Below are positions 47,814 to 57,368 of a stretch of DNA of 64,000 bases, one piece after another. The first letter of the stretch is position 1; every line of letters starts with the position of its first letter. Both the position numbers and the translations under genes were made by a program. Below the pieces are notes generated by a model, which was given only the letters and a program-made list of their open reading frames with translations, made no database searches and had not been told where the DNA came from. The stretch covers positions 160,001-224,000 of the forward strand of contig JALSOH010000006.1 of NCBI GenBank assembly GCA_026986575.1, read 5' to 3'. The stretch is from Thermoproteota archaeon. Its GTDB lineage: Archaea > Korarchaeota > Korarchaeia > Korarchaeales > Korarchaeaceae.

Positions 47814-48979
47814 GTCTAGAGGAGAGGGAGCTAGAGGTACTGATAGGTCCACAACACCCGGCTTCAGGACACATGAGGCTCGTAGCCAAGATAGATGGGG
47901 ATATAGTGGTGGAGCTGAGGCCTAACATAGGGTACGTGCACCGCTCGGTGGAGAAGCTGGCGGAGGTCAAGAAGTACCTGCAGATAATACCACTGGTGGA
48001 GAGGCCTTCCTTGGCTGATACCACGGCCAACAACTTGGCCTACGTCATGGCCGTGGAGAAGCTGCTGGGAATAGAGCCGCCACCTAGGGCCCAGTACCTG
48101 AGGACCCTCTTGGCGGAGATAAACAGGATACACAGTCACTTCTACGGCATGGGCATCCACGGAGTCATGATAGGGTCATCGACCGCCTACATGTGGTGCT
48201 TCGGAGACAGGGAACCTCTGATCGAGCTGGCGCAGGAGCTGACCGGAGCGAGGCTGACCTACTCCTATATAGTGCCTGGAGGTGTGAGGAGAGACCTGCC
48301 TCAGGGCTTCGAGGACAAGGTGGAGAAGGTGATGAGGTACCTAGAGAACAGGATGCCTGACTACTTCGACATCTACTTCAACAACCCCGTGACTAGGGCT
48401 AGACTCGAGGGAGTGGGAGTGCTGACCAAGGAGGATGCGATAAAGCTTGGCGTGACTGGACCGAACCTGAGGGCCAGTGGTGTCCCCTACGACGTCAGGA
48501 AGGCAGAGCCTTACGCGGCCTATCCCGAACTTGATTTCGACGTAATAACCGAGGAGGCTGGCGATGCATTCGCTAGGGTCATGGTAAGGGTGAGGGAGAT
48601 CCAAGAGAGCATCAAGATAATCAGGCAGGTCCTGAAGAAGATACCTGACGGCCCTATCCTCAACGAGAAGTACATGAAGATGATCCCGCCGAACCTGAGG
48701 AAGCAGGTGGAGGAGACTGGTCACATAAAGTTCCCCGGAGTCTTCGCAAACCTAAGGGTCCCGGCCGGAGAGGCTGTAGCTAGGGTAGAGGGAGGAAGGG
48801 GCGAGGTCGTCTTCCACATAATCAGCGACGGGAAGATGAGCCCTTACAGGATGAGGATGGTCACCCCCTCGTTCAGGAATGTCATACTCTTCGAGCACCT
48901 CACAAAGGGAGCCAGAGTTGCTGACATCCCCGCGATTTACGGTAGTCTGGATTACTTCCCGCCGGAGGCTGATAGGTGA
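47810..48979 (+). CDS. nuoD: Complex I-like subunit D (no NiFe ligands)
   Basis: GPQHPASGH, GYVHRSVEK, TGPNLRASG, EGGRGE and SLDYFPPEADR motifs. Confidence 0.95.
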   Translation: MSLEERELEVLIGPQHPASGHMRLVAKIDGDIVVELRPNIGYVHRSVEKLAEVKKYLQIIPLVERPSLADTTANNLAYVMAVEKLLGIEPPPRAQYLRTLLAEINRIHSHFYGMGIHGVMIGSSTAYMWCFGDREPLIELAQELTGARLTYSYIVPGGVRRDLPQGFEDKVEKVMRYLENRMPDYFDIYFNNPVTRARLEGVGVLTKEDAIKLGVTGPNLRASGVPYDVRKAEPYAAYPELDFDVITEEAGDAFARVMVRVREIQESIKIIRQVLKKIPDGPILNEKYMKMIPPNLRKQVEETGHIKFPGVFANLRVPAGEAVARVEGGRGEVVFHIISDGKMSPYRMRMVTPSFRNVILFEHLTKGARVADIPAIYGSLDYFPPEADR

Positions 48980-49986
48980 TGCAGGACCTGTTGAGTGTAA
49001 TATTCGAGCCTTACGTGTTTGTCCCCCTGATATTTCCGGGGATAACCGTAGCCTTCCTGCTCCTACTTGTGATTATCTGGCTTGAGAGAAAGATAGCAGC
49101 TAAGGTACAGCTGAGGTACGGTCCCCTTTACGTCCTCAAACCATTAGGCGGTGCGATACAGATGGTCGCCGACCTGCTCAGATACTTGTTCCAAGAGCCC
49201 ATCATACCGAAGACCGTCGACAAACTGGCCTTCATAATGACGCCTGCGCTGCTCTTCGGTACCGCCTATCTACCTACCGTGGCCATACCTGTCAGCCCCA
49301 CGTTCTACGCCTTCAGGAGCGATCTAAGCCTCCTCATAGTGCTGGCCCTGTCAACGTTGGCCCCGATATTCACCGTGGTGATGGGATGGGCCAGTAACAA
49401 CAAGTTCTCCCTAATAGGGGGTGTGAGAGAGGGCTACATAGTCGTCTCCTATGAGATACCGATGTTCCTCTCGGCCCTATCCATGGCCATCCTCTACGGT
49501 TCCTTAGACCTCGTGGAGATAGCCGAGGCTCAGAAAGGCATATGGGGAATCTTCTTGAATCCGGTTGCGGCCATAACTATGCTGGTCTTAATGTACATGT
49601 CCACCAGCAAATTCCCGTTCGAGATTCCAGAAGCGGAGAGCGAGATAGTCGCCGGCGCTTACACTGAATACAGCGGCATTCTCTACGGTCTGGTCATGGG
49701 AGCTTCCTATGTAAAGCTCTACGTGCTCAGCTTGGTGTTCGCGATACTCTTCTTGGGAGGATGGAATCCCATACCCGGATTCATGGCCAACGACCCACTC
49801 CTGCCCGGAGTCCTGCTCTTCATCAAGGCCTTCATCATAATAGTGATAGGGGCCTTCCTCAGGGCTGTCTACCCGAGGTTCAGGATAGACCAGGCGATGG
49901 ACTTAGGATGGAAGACGATGCTGCCCCTGTCGATAATCTCCATCTTCATCTCACTGGTTGAGATCATGATAATGGGAGGTGCGTGA
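48976..49986 (+). CDS. nuoH: Complex I-like subunit H
   Basis: ERKIAAKVQLRYGP, SYEIP, PFEIPEAESEIVAG..TEYSG and PRFRIDQ motifs. Confidence 0.95.
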   Translation: MMQDLLSVIFEPYVFVPLIFPGITVAFLLLLVIIWLERKIAAKVQLRYGPLYVLKPLGGAIQMVADLLRYLFQEPIIPKTVDKLAFIMTPALLFGTAYLPTVAIPVSPTFYAFRSDLSLLIVLALSTLAPIFTVVMGWASNNKFSLIGGVREGYIVVSYEIPMFLSALSMAILYGSLDLVEIAEAQKGIWGIFLNPVAAITMLVLMYMSTSKFPFEIPEAESEIVAGAYTEYSGILYGLVMGASYVKLYVLSLVFAILFLGGWNPIPGFMANDPLLPGVLLFIKAFIIIVIGAFLRAVYPRFRIDQAMDLGWKTMLPLSIISIFISLVEIMIMGGA

Positions 49987-50479
49987 ATTGGCGGTTGAGA
50001 GGACGATCCGTCACATAAAGGCCCTCGCAACGGGGGCCAAATACATGCTGGGTGGTCATAGGCTCACCCTCATGTATCCTGACGACATACAGGAGTTCCC
50101 CGACGGTTACAGGGGGATGATAGAGTACGACTGGGATACCTGCATTAAGTGCGGTCTCTGTGCCATGGTGTGTCCGGCTGACGCGATGAAAATGTATGTC
50201 TCGAAGGAGGAGTCGGAAGAGGGTAAGAGGCCCGTGAGGAGGCCCGGCATAAACTACACCAGATGCATCTTCTGCGGGTTCTGCGTGGACATATGCCCGA
50301 CCAACTCGCTCAAGTTCACCAAAGTACACGATGTTGCATTCTACACGTTTGAGGAGCAGATCTACCCGCCTGAGAGGTTCAGGGAGGGAATACCCAAACC
50401 CCAGTACGACAAGGAGCCAAGGAAGGTAAGGGCCGTTCTAGATGAGAAGAGGGGGATAAGGTATGAACCCGTTGAGTGA
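49979..50479 (+). CDS. nuoI: Complex I-like subunit I (2x[4Fe-4S])
   Basis: CIKCGLCAMVCP and CIFCGFCVDICP. Confidence 0.95.
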   Translation: MRELAVERTIRHIKALATGAKYMLGGHRLTLMYPDDIQEFPDGYRGMIEYDWDTCIKCGLCAMVCPADAMKMYVSKEESEEGKRPVRRPGINYTRCIFCGFCVDICPTNSLKFTKVHDVAFYTFEEQIYPPERFREGIPKPQYDKEPRKVRAVLDEKRGIRYEPVE

Positions 50480-50945
50480 TCCCCTTTCAGTGGTGTTCAT
50501 CCTCTCCTCGCTCATGTCTGTAATAGCGGCAGTGCTCATAGTCCATCACAAGTCCATCGTGTACTCAGCATTCTTCCTCTCCGTCTTGGGAGTGGGCAAC
50601 GCGATCCTCTTCACCCTGCTCGGCTTCCCGATAATAGCACTGTTCCACCTCTCCGTGTACGTTGGAGCAGCCGTAACTTTCATCCTCTTCTCAGTGGTGA
50701 TGCTGAAGGAGGCTCCTGTGGTTGAACCACCGGTGAAGGCCCTTGCGGTGATAGCAGCGGGAGTGCTCGCGCTCATAATGGTAAAGATCTTCTCCGTGTT
50801 CAGCGCGGAGCCCTCCTTCCTCCTGAACTACAGGGATCTGACCGCTCTCCTCGTTACCAAGTACTGGTTCGCCCTGATCGTAGCAGCGATAGCGCTGGTG
50901 ACCACGCTGATAGAAGCCATAACCCTCGCCAGAAGGGAGGTGTGA
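50463..50945 (+). CDS. nuoJ: Complex I-like subunit J
   Basis: VYSAFFL and VYVGAAV motifs; hydrophobic; operon position. Confidence 0.9.
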   Translation: MNPLSDPLSVVFILSSLMSVIAAVLIVHHKSIVYSAFFLSVLGVGNAILFTLLGFPIIALFHLSVYVGAAVTFILFSVVMLKEAPVVEPPVKALAVIAAGVLALIMVKIFSVFSAEPSFLLNYRDLTALLVTKYWFALIVAAIALVTTLIEAITLARREV

Positions 50946-50948
50946 GGA

Positions 50949-51254
50949 ATGGAAACCTCATGTTATCTGTTTGTTTCCTCGATACTCTTTGCCATCGGGA
51001 TTTACGGACTCCTAACGAGAAGGAACATGATCAGGATGCTCCTCTCAGCCGAGATTATTTTTAATGCTGCTCTCTTGGCCTTCCTCTCCTTGGCATCGCT
51101 GGACGCCGGCTACGGGCCAGTAGGGGGAGCTATTGTGGTGATAGCCATCTCCCTATCGGCCGCGGAGGTCGGCGTCATAGTCTCCATAGCGATAATGATG
51201 TTCAGGATGAGGAGGGCCCTCGATGTGTATGAACTGAAGAAATTCAGAGGGTGA
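50949..51254 (+). CDS. nuoK: Complex I-like subunit K
   Basis: RRNMIRMLLSAEI and SAAEVGV motifs. Confidence 0.93.
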   Translation: METSCYLFVSSILFAIGIYGLLTRRNMIRMLLSAEIIFNAALLAFLSLASLDAGYGPVGGAIVVIAISLSAAEVGVIVSIAIMMFRMRRALDVYELKKFRG

Positions 51255-51258
51255 GAGT

Positions 51259-52785
51259 ATGATACTGGAAACCCCCTACATGTTCCTGTCAGTGGTAGTG
51301 CCAATGGTGATATCCCTGATATTCCCGTTCTTGGACTTGGGAAAGAAGGCATTCGCCACCATATCCACCGTACTGCTACTGATACCCCTAGCCGTGGTCT
51401 CATGGCTCAGCTACGTCAGCGGCCTCAGCGAGCCCGTGCTCGACCCCGTATTCTTCGCGCATCCCACACTAGGTAACTTCACAATGCTCCTGGACTCCAT
51501 TAGCGCTCCTCTAGCCATCTCCATAGGCCTAGTGACCTCCATGATCTCCTGGTACTCCCTGAAGTACATGGACCACAGGTTCGAGGAGATGGAGGAGGAG
51601 GGCCATAAGCCAGCTAGCTGGGGCGTCTACTACATGCTCTACATACTATTCTCCGCTGCCATGATGGGGACCGTGCTCTCCACGAACCTCATCGAGTTCT
51701 ACATATTCTTGGAGATATCGCTGCTCCCGAGCTTCCTCCTGATAGCCTTCTACGGGTATGGGAAGAGGGAGAGGATAGCGCTCCTCTACCTGATCTGGAC
51801 TCACGTAGGTGCGCTAGCGTTCTTGGTAGGTACGCTTATACTGGGCCTCAACGTGGGGACCTTCGACTACTTCAACCCCATCAAGGCCGTCGCCAACTTG
51901 GGATTGGGTAACGCGCTCCCCGAGGCGATCAGGTTCCCCGTGTTCATTGCCATACTGATAGGGCTCTTCGTGAAGATGGCTGTGTTCGGTGTCCACATAT
52001 GGCTGCCCTACGCGCACGCTGAGGCCCCTACGCCGGTGTCGGCCCTCTTATCCCCGAACCTGATAGGCATAGCCGCATACGCCATGATAAGGATAGCCTA
52101 CGTTCTCTTCCCGGCCGACTTTCAGGCACTAGCCCCCTACATGCTCGGGCTGGCCCTCCTGACCATAATATACGGCGGATTGATGGCCTTGGCCCAGGAC
52201 GACTTCAAGAGGTTCCTTGCCTACTCCAGTGTCTCCCAGATGGGATACCTCCTGATGGGAATAGCGAGTGTGACCGCCTTGGGCATGGCCGGCGCGATAC
52301 TCCACTACGCCGCCCACGCCGTGGGCAAGGCCCTGCTATTCGCCACAGCTGGAGTCCTCATAACCCAGCTTCACGGCCTCAGGAGCCTGAGCAAGATGGG
52401 AGGGCTCGCTCCCAAGATGCCCCTCACCGCCTCACTGGCCCTCATAGGGTTCATGCACATAACAGGCGTGCCACCTTCGCTGGGCCTGTGGAGCGAGGTT
52501 CTCATACTCGCCGGAGTGGCCAACTTCGCCGTGAAGATGAACCAGTTCGTCCTCGTCACACTCTTCTTGCTGATAGGTATAGGGCTCTCCACCGCATACT
52601 CCTTCATCACTATGAGGAGGATATTCTTCGGCAAACCCTCTGAAGCTGCCGAGCACGCTCAGGAGGCCGGAGGGAACCTACTCATACCCATGATAGTCAT
52701 AGCCGCCGTTGGTCTCATACTCTTCCTCGTGCCTCAGCTGCTCGTCGATCCCATGGTGAAGGCCCTGGCTGGACTGCTAGGGTGA
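51259..52785 (+). CDS. nuoM: Complex I-like antiporter-like subunit M
   Basis: FYIFLE..LLP, HIWLPYAHAEAPTPVS and AYSSVSQMG motifs. Confidence 0.92.
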   Translation: MILETPYMFLSVVVPMVISLIFPFLDLGKKAFATISTVLLLIPLAVVSWLSYVSGLSEPVLDPVFFAHPTLGNFTMLLDSISAPLAISIGLVTSMISWYSLKYMDHRFEEMEEEGHKPASWGVYYMLYILFSAAMMGTVLSTNLIEFYIFLEISLLPSFLLIAFYGYGKRERIALLYLIWTHVGALAFLVGTLILGLNVGTFDYFNPIKAVANLGLGNALPEAIRFPVFIAILIGLFVKMAVFGVHIWLPYAHAEAPTPVSALLSPNLIGIAAYAMIRIAYVLFPADFQALAPYMLGLALLTIIYGGLMALAQDDFKRFLAYSSVSQMGYLLMGIASVTALGMAGAILHYAAHAVGKALLFATAGVLITQLHGLRSLSKMGGLAPKMPLTASLALIGFMHITGVPPSLGLWSEVLILAGVANFAVKMNQFVLVTLFLLIGIGLSTAYSFITMRRIFFGKPSEAAEHAQEAGGNLLIPMIVIAAVGLILFLVPQLLVDPMVKALAGLLG

Positions 52786-52791
52786 ACTAGG

Positions 52792-54888
52792 ATGGAGTAC
52801 GCGTTCCTGACTTGGCAGATCCCCTACATCGGGGCGATCTTGGCGCTGCTGCTGAACAGGGCAGGCAAGGTGAGGGACGTAATCGCCGTGCTAGCGATCT
52901 TCGGAGCAGCGGTGGCCTCCACCCTCACCTTGCAGGAGGCTCTAGCCTCAGAGGAGGCCATCCACATCTCCTATCCGTGGATCAAGTCGCTTGGCGTCAC
53001 CTTCGGCGTGTACGTGGACTCTCTAGCCGCGGTGATGGCGTTAATAGTGGCGTGGCTGAGTTTCCTCATAGCCGTTTACAGCCTGAAGTACATGGAGGGG
53101 GATCCAGGCCTCACTAGGTACTGGTTCTTCTTCGACTTCTTCGTGGGGAGCATGCTCCTCCTCGTACTGGCAGATAACCTGATCCTGATGTTCTTGGGAT
53201 GGGAGGGCACTGGACTGGCTTCGTACGCACTCATAGGCCACTGGTATACTGATGAGGATGAGAAGTGCGTCGGTGACATAGGGAGGAAGGCTTTAGGCGT
53301 GCCTATGTGGTTCCCACCCAGTCACAGCGGCCTGAGGGCCATAGTCTTCACTAGGCTGGGCGATGTGGGATTCATCGCCGGCATAGGCGCCATCTACTAC
53401 TTCACTCACACGTTCTCCATACCGGAGATAGCCCACATGGTCGGGGAGTGGGCTGGTCCCCTCGCCCACGCTGGACTGCTCTTTCCGTTCCTCCTGATTT
53501 TCTCACTAGGCGCGTTCGCCAAGTCGGCGCAGTTCCCGTTTCACGAGTGGCTCGTCACTGCAATGACCGGTCCCACGTCGGTCAGTGCCTTGATACATGC
53601 CGCCACCATGGTCAAGGCGGGAGTTTACTTCCTGCTAAGGTTCTCCCCTATATTCGTGCTCGCCGCTCACGAGATACCCGCAGCTGAGCCTCAAGTGCAC
53701 GCATTCTTCACGGCTGTAGCGCTAATAGGTGGGTTCACGGCCTTCTTCATGGCGACCCAGGCCCTCGTCTCCAGGGAGCTCAAGCTAATACTCGCGTTCT
53801 CTACCGCCTCCCAGCTGGGATACATGTTCCTAGCCTTGGGCGCGGCTGGGCTCATCGCTGAGTTCCCGATGGGCTTTCTTGCGGGCTTCTCTCACCTGAT
53901 GAGCCACGCGATATTCAAGGCTTCCCTCTTCCTCGTGGCCGGAGCCGTGATACATGTGGTGCACTCTAGATTCATCGACGACATGGGAGGCCTCTGGAAG
54001 GCCATGAAGTGGTCCTTCCTGGCCATGAGCTTGGCAGCTCTGAGCCTGATGGGAGTGCCACCCTTCATGGGCTTCTGGACAAAGGACACCATAATAGAAG
54101 TGGCGAAAGAATCGGGAGTCTTCTTGGCTTACCTGTTCGGAGTCGTGACCGCTGGCTTAACGGCCTTCTACTCCACTAGGATGGTGATAAGGACCTTCCT
54201 CTACGAGATGTCCGAGAACGTGAGGCACGCTGAAGAACATCACCATCTCCACGAGGCCCACCCGCTGATGCTCATCCCCTACCTAGCTCTAGCCCTAGTA
54301 TCGTTCATAGTGGGTCTGTCCTGGCCTGTCTACGGTCCCGAGATACTCGGAGCCATGGTGAGTAATGTGCTGGGGATACACGAGGAGTTCCACCCACACG
54401 TACACTTGGACATAGGGCTGCTCGCGACCTCGCTCACCATGGTGTTCGGAGGTATGTTAGTAGCTATAGGGTTGTACATGACCTCCAGCGGCAGGGTGAC
54501 CGTGCGCTCCCTCAGGGAGAACCCTGCGGGGAAGGTAATACACGATTTCCTCTACGACAGGTGGTACATCAACTCCATCTACTACATAGTGATCGTTGGT
54601 GGCTTCGCTTGGCTCTCCCGCACGATCTTCAAGTACTTCGACTCCCTGATAGTGGACGGCTTCTATCACCGCTTCATACCTTGGCTGACGGACAGGCTGA
54701 GCGTACTAGGGTTCAAGTACTTCGAGACCGAGGTGGTGGACGAGACCTACCACGACAGGATAGTGAGGATGTTCAAGGCCTTCGGATCCTACGTGAGGAG
54801 GCTCCAGACCGGTCTGGTGAACCAGTACCTCGTGGCCTTCTTCATAGGACTGCTCGTGGTGTTATTCCTCCTGCTATGGGTGGGATGA
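52792..54888 (+). CDS. nuoL: Complex I-like antiporter-like subunit L
   Basis: GWEGTGLASY.LIG.W, KSAQFPF..WL..AM.GPT.VSALIHAATMV and HAIFKA motifs. Confidence 0.95.
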   Translation: MEYAFLTWQIPYIGAILALLLNRAGKVRDVIAVLAIFGAAVASTLTLQEALASEEAIHISYPWIKSLGVTFGVYVDSLAAVMALIVAWLSFLIAVYSLKYMEGDPGLTRYWFFFDFFVGSMLLLVLADNLILMFLGWEGTGLASYALIGHWYTDEDEKCVGDIGRKALGVPMWFPPSHSGLRAIVFTRLGDVGFIAGIGAIYYFTHTFSIPEIAHMVGEWAGPLAHAGLLFPFLLIFSLGAFAKSAQFPFHEWLVTAMTGPTSVSALIHAATMVKAGVYFLLRFSPIFVLAAHEIPAAEPQVHAFFTAVALIGGFTAFFMATQALVSRELKLILAFSTASQLGYMFLALGAAGLIAEFPMGFLAGFSHLMSHAIFKASLFLVAGAVIHVVHSRFIDDMGGLWKAMKWSFLAMSLAALSLMGVPPFMGFWTKDTIIEVAKESGVFLAYLFGVVTAGLTAFYSTRMVIRTFLYEMSENVRHAEEHHHLHEAHPLMLIPYLALALVSFIVGLSWPVYGPEILGAMVSNVLGIHEEFHPHVHLDIGLLATSLTMVFGGMLVAIGLYMTSSGRVTVRSLRENPAGKVIHDFLYDRWYINSIYYIVIVGGFAWLSRTIFKYFDSLIVDGFYHRFIPWLTDRLSVLGFKYFETEVVDETYHDRIVRMFKAFGSYVRRLQTGLVNQYLVAFFIGLLVVLFLLLWVG

Positions 54889-54891
54889 GAT

Positions 54892-56292
54892 ATGGAAATG
54901 GTGATCTGGTCACTGATGGTCCTGCTCGGTGGCATAGGCCTAGTGGTACCCACGCTCGACTACCTCAAGGGAACCAAGGTGAGCCCCTATCTAGCCCTCA
55001 TAGCTACAGCCCTAGCTGCGGTGCTCATCGGGCTCCTTATAGGGAAGAGCGGTACTCTCTTCGATGGGACCATAAGAGTGGATCCGCTTGCCACCTACTT
55101 GGCGCTGATAGCAACGGTGGGAGCGTTCCTCGTCACCTTCGCCTCTCTGGTCCAGGTGAAGGAGTGGAACACCTCCCCGAGCCTCTACTCCCTCCTCCTC
55201 TTGGCTCTCTTGGGAGTGTACTTCGTGCTATACGTGAATGACGCGTCAGTACTTGTCGCTGCATGGGCCCTAGTGGCTGTCGCCTCATACGTGCTGGTGG
55301 GTATAAAGAAGGACGAGGACTCCTTGGAGGCGACCGCGAAGTACGCGCTGATGGGCGTCGCCTCTTCATCCCTTCTCATATTCGGCATAGCCTTGGTCTT
55401 GGGAATAGTGAAGACCAGCACATTCCAAGTGTTGAACAGCGTACCCATCGGCCTGAAGACGACCCTCCTCTTGGGCGTACTGATGCTCGTTGCCGCATTC
55501 GGGTTCAAGCTAGGTGTCGTTCCATTCCACGGCTGGCTGCCCGATGTCTACGGCGGGGCTCATCCGATAATAGTGTCCTTCGTGGCGGGCGTGATCAAGC
55601 TGATAAGCATAGGAGCATTCCTGAGAGTCCTCCAGCCCCTCATACCCGCTGTCGCCAATGACTGGTTCCTAATAATGGCCTTTCTCTCGATAATAACCAT
55701 GTTCTATGGTAACTTGGCTGCGTTGGTCCAGAAGAACGTGCAGAGGATGATGGCCTACTCCAGCATAGCGCAGGCAGGATACTTCCTGATAGCCTTCGCC
55801 GCCTTGGCATACTCCGACTCCCAGGCTCTGGCGCTGGAGGGCATAGGGCTGCACGTCACCACCTACGTCTTGGCTAAGGTGGGCATATTCGTCGGCTTGG
55901 CCTACTTCGCTAGGAAGGGATTCGACCTGACGCTGGAGGGTCTGAGCGGCGTAGGAAGGAAGCTGCCCCTCTCAGGGACCTTCATGACCGTGCTGGTACT
56001 CAGTCTAATGGGGATGCCTCCTCTCATAGGATTCTGGAGCAAGTTCATGTACATCTTCTACTCAGTGATGAATGTGGCCCCGTGGCTGGCCTTCCTCGGT
56101 ATAGTGAACAGCGGTATCTCCGTGGGTTACTACGCTCAGGTGATAAGGTACCTGTTCTTCACCGATCCACCGGAGGTGGACGTCAAGGAGGAGGAACCCG
56201 ATCTCGAGGTCTATGTGCTCACCATCACCGCAGTGCTGACCGTCCTCCTAGGACTAGGGCTCGTGGATGTCATAATAGCCCTCCTCTCCTAA
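54892..56292 (+). CDS. nuoN: Complex I-like antiporter-like subunit N
   Basis: EATAKY, FKLGVVPFHGWLPDVYGGA, RMMAYSSIAQAGY and GMPPLIGF.SK motifs. Confidence 0.95.
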   Translation: MEMVIWSLMVLLGGIGLVVPTLDYLKGTKVSPYLALIATALAAVLIGLLIGKSGTLFDGTIRVDPLATYLALIATVGAFLVTFASLVQVKEWNTSPSLYSLLLLALLGVYFVLYVNDASVLVAAWALVAVASYVLVGIKKDEDSLEATAKYALMGVASSSLLIFGIALVLGIVKTSTFQVLNSVPIGLKTTLLLGVLMLVAAFGFKLGVVPFHGWLPDVYGGAHPIIVSFVAGVIKLISIGAFLRVLQPLIPAVANDWFLIMAFLSIITMFYGNLAALVQKNVQRMMAYSSIAQAGYFLIAFAALAYSDSQALALEGIGLHVTTYVLAKVGIFVGLAYFARKGFDLTLEGLSGVGRKLPLSGTFMTVLVLSLMGMPPLIGFWSKFMYIFYSVMNVAPWLAFLGIVNSGISVGYYAQVIRYLFFTDPPEVDVKEEEPDLEVYVLTITAVLTVLLGLGLVDVIIALLS

Positions 56293-56326
56293 CTCTTTTT
56301 CTCTAGATCTTCGGAATTGGAAGTAA

Positions 56327-56782
56327 CTACAGCTGACGGAGGAGCCGAGACCAGCTGAGCACCTCCTTAGGTCTCAATTCCAGCTCCAGTTTTAATAGCA
56401 CATCATCCTCGGTGAGGAGTCGGTACCCTCTCACGGCAGCGGTGGCGTATATCATCCTATCGAAGTAATCCCCCACCCCGGCGTCCAGCAAAAGATCCGC
56501 GACCCTCTCAACCTCCGGATCGGTCAGTTCAACTTGGGAGATCCTGTCCTCGGAGAGCAGCGCCTTCAGTCCAGATATGAAGGCTCCCGCTAACTCCTTC
56601 CTCATCTTAGGATATCTTTTCATGAGTTTGAGGGATATCCACTTAGCCTCGATCAGGGAAATAGGATTGTAGAGGACCCTGTAAGCTTCAAGAACCTGTG
56701 GGAACTTGTCGTAGTACTCGAGCCCAACAGCAATCCCAAAAATGGGAAGCAGGTAGGTGGTGTCCAACAGGAGCTCATCCAT
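56327..56782 (-). CDS. VapC PIN-domain toxin
   Basis: LLDTTYLLP, ISLIE, DYFDRMIYATA and LLTED motifs. Confidence 0.88.
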   Translation of the reverse strand: MDELLLDTTYLLPIFGIAVGLEYYDKFPQVLEAYRVLYNPISLIEAKWISLKLMKRYPKMRKELAGAFISGLKALLSEDRISQVELTDPEVERVADLLLDAGVGDYFDRMIYATAAVRGYRLLTEDDVLLKLELELRPKEVLSWSRLLRQL

Positions 56783-57017
56783 AGACGCCCTCCTCCCTCT
56801 GAGCCTCCTCGCTCAATCTCTCAGCCTCCTCGGGGGTTATCCTGATCACTGGATTCCTTATCATGTCCTCCAAGGCGGGAACTGGTTCCACTATCAGCTT
56901 TCCATCCTCTATCTTGGCTCTGACCACGCCCCCTTCCCTTATTCCCAATGTCCTCCTGATCTCTTTGGTAGTGTAGATCTCTCCCCTTTTTCCGACCTTT
57001 AGCATAATCTCCGACAT
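56775..57017 (-). CDS. AbrB/MazE-family antitoxin
   Basis: KVGKRGEIYTTKEIRRTLGIREG; overlaps the PIN gene. Confidence 0.88.
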   Translation of the reverse strand: MSEIMLKVGKRGEIYTTKEIRRTLGIREGGVVRAKIEDGKLIVEPVPALEDMIRNPVIRITPEEAERLSEEAQREEGVYG

Positions 57018-57368
57018 AACTACTCTCACCGAGATTATCCATAAATTCGGAGAATAAAAATGTATCAGAAGAGTACTCTCTGTATCTCTTTGAGCGATTT
57101 AAGGAAAAAAGCGAGTTCGATGGAAGATCGAAAGTGATTTGAGGAATCTTGCCGGAAGCCGTCGCTTCCCACCTTGGGTAGTGCTCTCTCGTGAATATGG
57201 AGTTAATTTTTTATGTGGTTAAGGCGAAGAGGCGAGGGTCCGCATGTACCTTCGGCATTGACGGATGCAAGCCAGCCACCTTAATCCTCGAGAACGGATC
57301 CGTTTATCGCGGTTGCAGCAGGAGCGGTCCCGGTATTCGCGTTCGGTGAGGTCGTCTTCACCACCGGG

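Noticed and set aside
47810-48979. Group 4 [NiFe]-hydrogenase large subunit
   Set aside because: Both CxxC nickel-binding motifs are absent.
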